NCBI GenBank assembly: GCA_964425475.1
Contig: CAYRMF010000001.1
Coordinates: 1-35,850, forward strand
Source of the DNA: an uncultured Candidatus Saccharibacteria bacterium
GTDB taxonomy: Bacteria; Patescibacteriota; Minisyncoccia; Phycocordibacterales; UBA918
Length of the DNA stretch: 35,850 nucleotides
Reading direction: 5' to 3'
Below, piece after piece: positions 34,419-35,850 of this stretch. A program made the position numbers and the translations under genes. Under the pieces are notes generated by a model. The model ran no database searches and was not told where the DNA came from. It saw only the letters and a program-made list of their open reading frames with translations. Every line of letters begins with the position of its first letter. Position 1 is the first letter of the stretch.

Positions 34419-35435
34419 TTATTGTTCTTTTGAATTTTCGTTTCCTTCCAATCGTTTCTTTCGTTTCCAAAGTACAAAGAACACCAGTACCACGATACAT
34501 AGCAATACCCCACCGAGCACACTGATCAGTATCAGCATATCGGATGAGATGCTTCTGAGTGCGGTATCGGGAACCAAAGTCACAATACGAACATTTCCAG
34601 CTTTATCGAGTGCTTTTACACGGATGGTGCTGTTCAGTGTTTGGTCTTTGAGTACGTATGGACTTTCTGTCTGTACCCATGGAGCATCGGCACGTCCCCA
34701 CTTAAATGCATTAAATTCAGAAAATGGTTCCTCCATAACCTCATAGTGATCGATACCGGACTGTTTATCACTTGCGTTAAATACGATGAAATACTCACCA
34801 CTGAATGCATAATCGTCCTTCGTAAGCGTGATAGCAAAATCAGAGGGAAGCTCTGTATCACTTTGTACACTCTCACGCCATGCATCTTGTATGCTCTGGC
34901 CTACAGTATCATCGAGCGTGATGATTGCATCCCGGAGTGTTAACGGTGCTGGTGTACCGTAGCCATCATGGAGCAGTACCTGTGAAACTTCATCAAGCCA
35001 TACATGTGGGGTCTTGTTTGTATTTGCACCTCCAATACTTAACCCCGGTGACTTAAACACAATTTGCAAAATAACATTCGTGAGTGATGGATCACCTGCG
35101 ATACGTCCACAGTATCCGCCAGGAACACCGCCAGCAAAATGTATTGTTCGGTTTACTTCATCAATAGTCGGGTCTTCTACCCAGATATTGAGAATAGAAT
35201 TACCTCGTGAAATATCAACCGCAATAATGCTCTCATCATAGTGAATGAGCGCATCGAAAGTATTCACACATTCTCCCTCATCAGTATCAATACGCAAATC
35301 AACCACAACACTATCTCCGTGATGAATATTTACTGCACTGGGATCAAAATACAGTGTTGCCGCATGAGTGTCTGGTACACCAAAAGAGAATGCGCATACA
35401 GAGAAAAAACAAAACGCAAGAAATGTACGTATCAT
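34419..35435 (-). CDS. Cohesin-like surface protein with C-terminal TM anchor (338 aa)
   Basis: Signal peptide MIRTFLAFCFFSVCAFSFGVPDTHA / ATLYFDP. Cohesin-like ..GDSVVVDLRIDTDEGECVNTFDALIHYDESIIAVDISRGNSILNIWVEDPTIDEVNRTIHFAGGVPGG. C-terminal TM LILISVLGGVLLCIVVLVFFVLW followed by a basic tail. Confidence 0.7.
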   Translation of the reverse strand: MIRTFLAFCFFSVCAFSFGVPDTHAATLYFDPSAVNIHHGDSVVVDLRIDTDEGECVNTFDALIHYDESIIAVDISRGNSILNIWVEDPTIDEVNRTIHFAGGVPGGYCGRIAGDPSLTNVILQIVFKSPGLSIGGANTNKTPHVWLDEVSQVLLHDGYGTPAPLTLRDAIITLDDTVGQSIQDAWRESVQSDTELPSDFAITLTKDDYAFSGEYFIVFNASDKQSGIDHYEVMEEPFSEFNAFKWGRADAPWVQTESPYVLKDQTLNSTIRVKALDKAGNVRIVTLVPDTALRSISSDMLILISVLGGVLLCIVVLVFFVLWKRKKRLEGNENSKEQ

Positions 35436-35447
35436 AGGTATTGCTCT

Positions 35448-35456
35448 AGTATAACA
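35448..35456 (-). promoter_or_regulatory. Extended -10 promoter TGtTATACT for the cohesin operon (very short leader)
   Basis: The minus strand reads tt-TGtTATACT-agagcaatacct-ATG. Only 12 nt separate the -10 from the start codon, and there is no SD. Confidence 0.45.
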
Positions 35457-35560
35457 AACGAAATCAGCGTAAAAGCTATCTGTACACAGAGGTGGAAGTA
35501 TTCATTGTGGCGTTCCATATCTCAGTACTATCGGAGGTACTCTGAACGTAAGACAAATGA

Positions 35561-35591
35561 AATCCCTTACAGGGACTGTTCAGGTTGTATG
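35561..35591 (+). repeat. Copy 1 of a 31-nt repeat AATCCCTTACAGGGACTGTTCAGGTTGTATG
   Basis: Read directly. It contains overlapping small palindromes TCCCT-tac-AGGGA and ACAG-gga-CTGT, and it ends in ATG. Confidence 0.9.
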
Positions 35592-35652
35592 CTAGTTTCT
35601 TCCTTTGGTCGAAACTATCGACAACCTCGATTAAAGTGGTCTATACCACTTT

Positions 35653-35683
35653 AATCCCTTACAGGGACTGTTCAGGCTGTATG
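35653..35683 (+). repeat. Copy 2 of the 31-nt repeat (30/31 identical to copy 1)
   Basis: AATCCCTTACAGGGACTGTTCAGGCTGTATG, 92 bp after copy 1. Confidence 0.9.
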
Positions 35684-35821
35684 ATAGTTTATTTCGTTTT
35701 ACTCATAAACTATCGACTGACAATCGAGTGAACAAAATAAATAAACACTTTTATTTATTTTTGAGCGAGTGCTGTCAGGAAGCTTTGCTTACAGCCTCTT
35801 TTTCATGTGCCCCGCACATGA

Positions 35822-35850
35822 AATCCCTTACAGGGACTGTCCAGATTGTA
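35822..35850 (+). repeat. Copy 3 of the repeat, truncated by the window end (27/29 identical to copy 1)
   Basis: AATCCCTTACAGGGACTGTCCAGATTGTA, 169 bp after copy 2. It is preceded by a 9-bp-stem hairpin TTCATGTGC-ccc-GCACATGAA. Confidence 0.85.

Noticed and set aside
34415-34522. 36-codon N-terminal extension of the 612-aa ORF
   Set aside because: It overlaps the 3' end of the 338-aa gene in another frame. A canonical signal peptide begins at the internal Met (ATG 34414), 4 nt after the upstream stop.
35241-35654. 137-aa plus-strand ORF spanning the cohesin-gene start and the first repeat unit
   Set aside because: Most of it is antisense to the well-supported 338-aa gene, and it crosses that gene's promoter. 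Only its last 21 codons are considered, as a possible micropeptide (35589..35654).
35768-35805. SRP/4.5S-RNA-like string GUGCUGUCAGGAAGC
   Set aside because: It lacks the conserved helix-8 GGAA tetraloop context and the symmetric and asymmetric loops. It folds as a simple imperfect hairpin followed by T5, so it is more simply a terminator-like element of repeat unit 2.
35561-35850. Possible CRISPR array (three near-identical ~31-nt repeats with a small hairpin)
   Set aside because: The spacing between copies is 92 and 169 bp, which is neither uniform nor of spacer size. Parts of the inter-repeat sequence are themselves conserved and structured. No cas gene is in the window. It is kept as an unexplained repeat family instead.
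1-35850. Alternative genetic code (UGA recoding, as in some CPR lineages)
   Set aside because: Well-supported genes terminate at TAA, TAG and TGA at positions consistent with homologue lengths, and multi-kb ORFs are intact under the standard code.

Overview
The window is almost entirely coding, with 24 supported CDS. 22 are on the minus strand, and only two small orphan genes are on the plus strand. I recognised no rRNA, tRNA, CRISPR array, transposase or integrase. The standard genetic code fits, because long ORFs end in TAA, TAG or TGA.

Gene content points to a small-genome Patescibacteria/CPR-like bacterium. This is an inference from cohesin-type surface proteins, GYAWSENIGW-repeat proteins, compact housekeeping genes, and short or absent 5' leaders.

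Left two thirds (1-19.5 kb): all three nucleotide-excision-repair genes lie on one strand. These are uvrC (short, without HhH2), uvrA and uvrB. They are interleaved with several unrelated genes:
- two orphan plus-strand mini-genes;
- a 916-aa double-anchored surface protein translationally coupled to an orphan histidine kinase;
- a stand-alone RelA/SpoT-type HD (small alarmone hydrolase-like) gene;
- a 723-aa Cys-rich surface protein.

They are followed by tgt, a membrane FKBP, a CapA-like gene, an AI-2E permease, a tiny promoter-to-terminator unit, and a cysteine-less thioredoxin-fold protein.

Right part (19.6-35.4 kb): one single-strand cell-surface locus, and the most interesting feature of the window. 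It has three parts:
- three paralogous cohesin-like membrane proteins, one of which also carries a dockerin-like EF-hand pair, plus a coiled-coil anchor and a Cys/His-rich propeller-like protein;
- a 2461-aa giant protein built from duplicated Asp-box propeller modules and four copies of a jelly-roll-like module, ending in a WxL-like domain;
- two paralogous DUF916/DUF3324-like membrane proteins.

The non-coding DNA holds three unexplained repeat systems:
- tandem hairpin repeats at 27..86;
- a perfect 27-nt inverted pair of hairpins at 29383..29447;
- a family of 31-nt repeats heading structured mini-units at 35561..35850, cut by the window edge.

All domain calls come from motif reading by eye. 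No database search was run.
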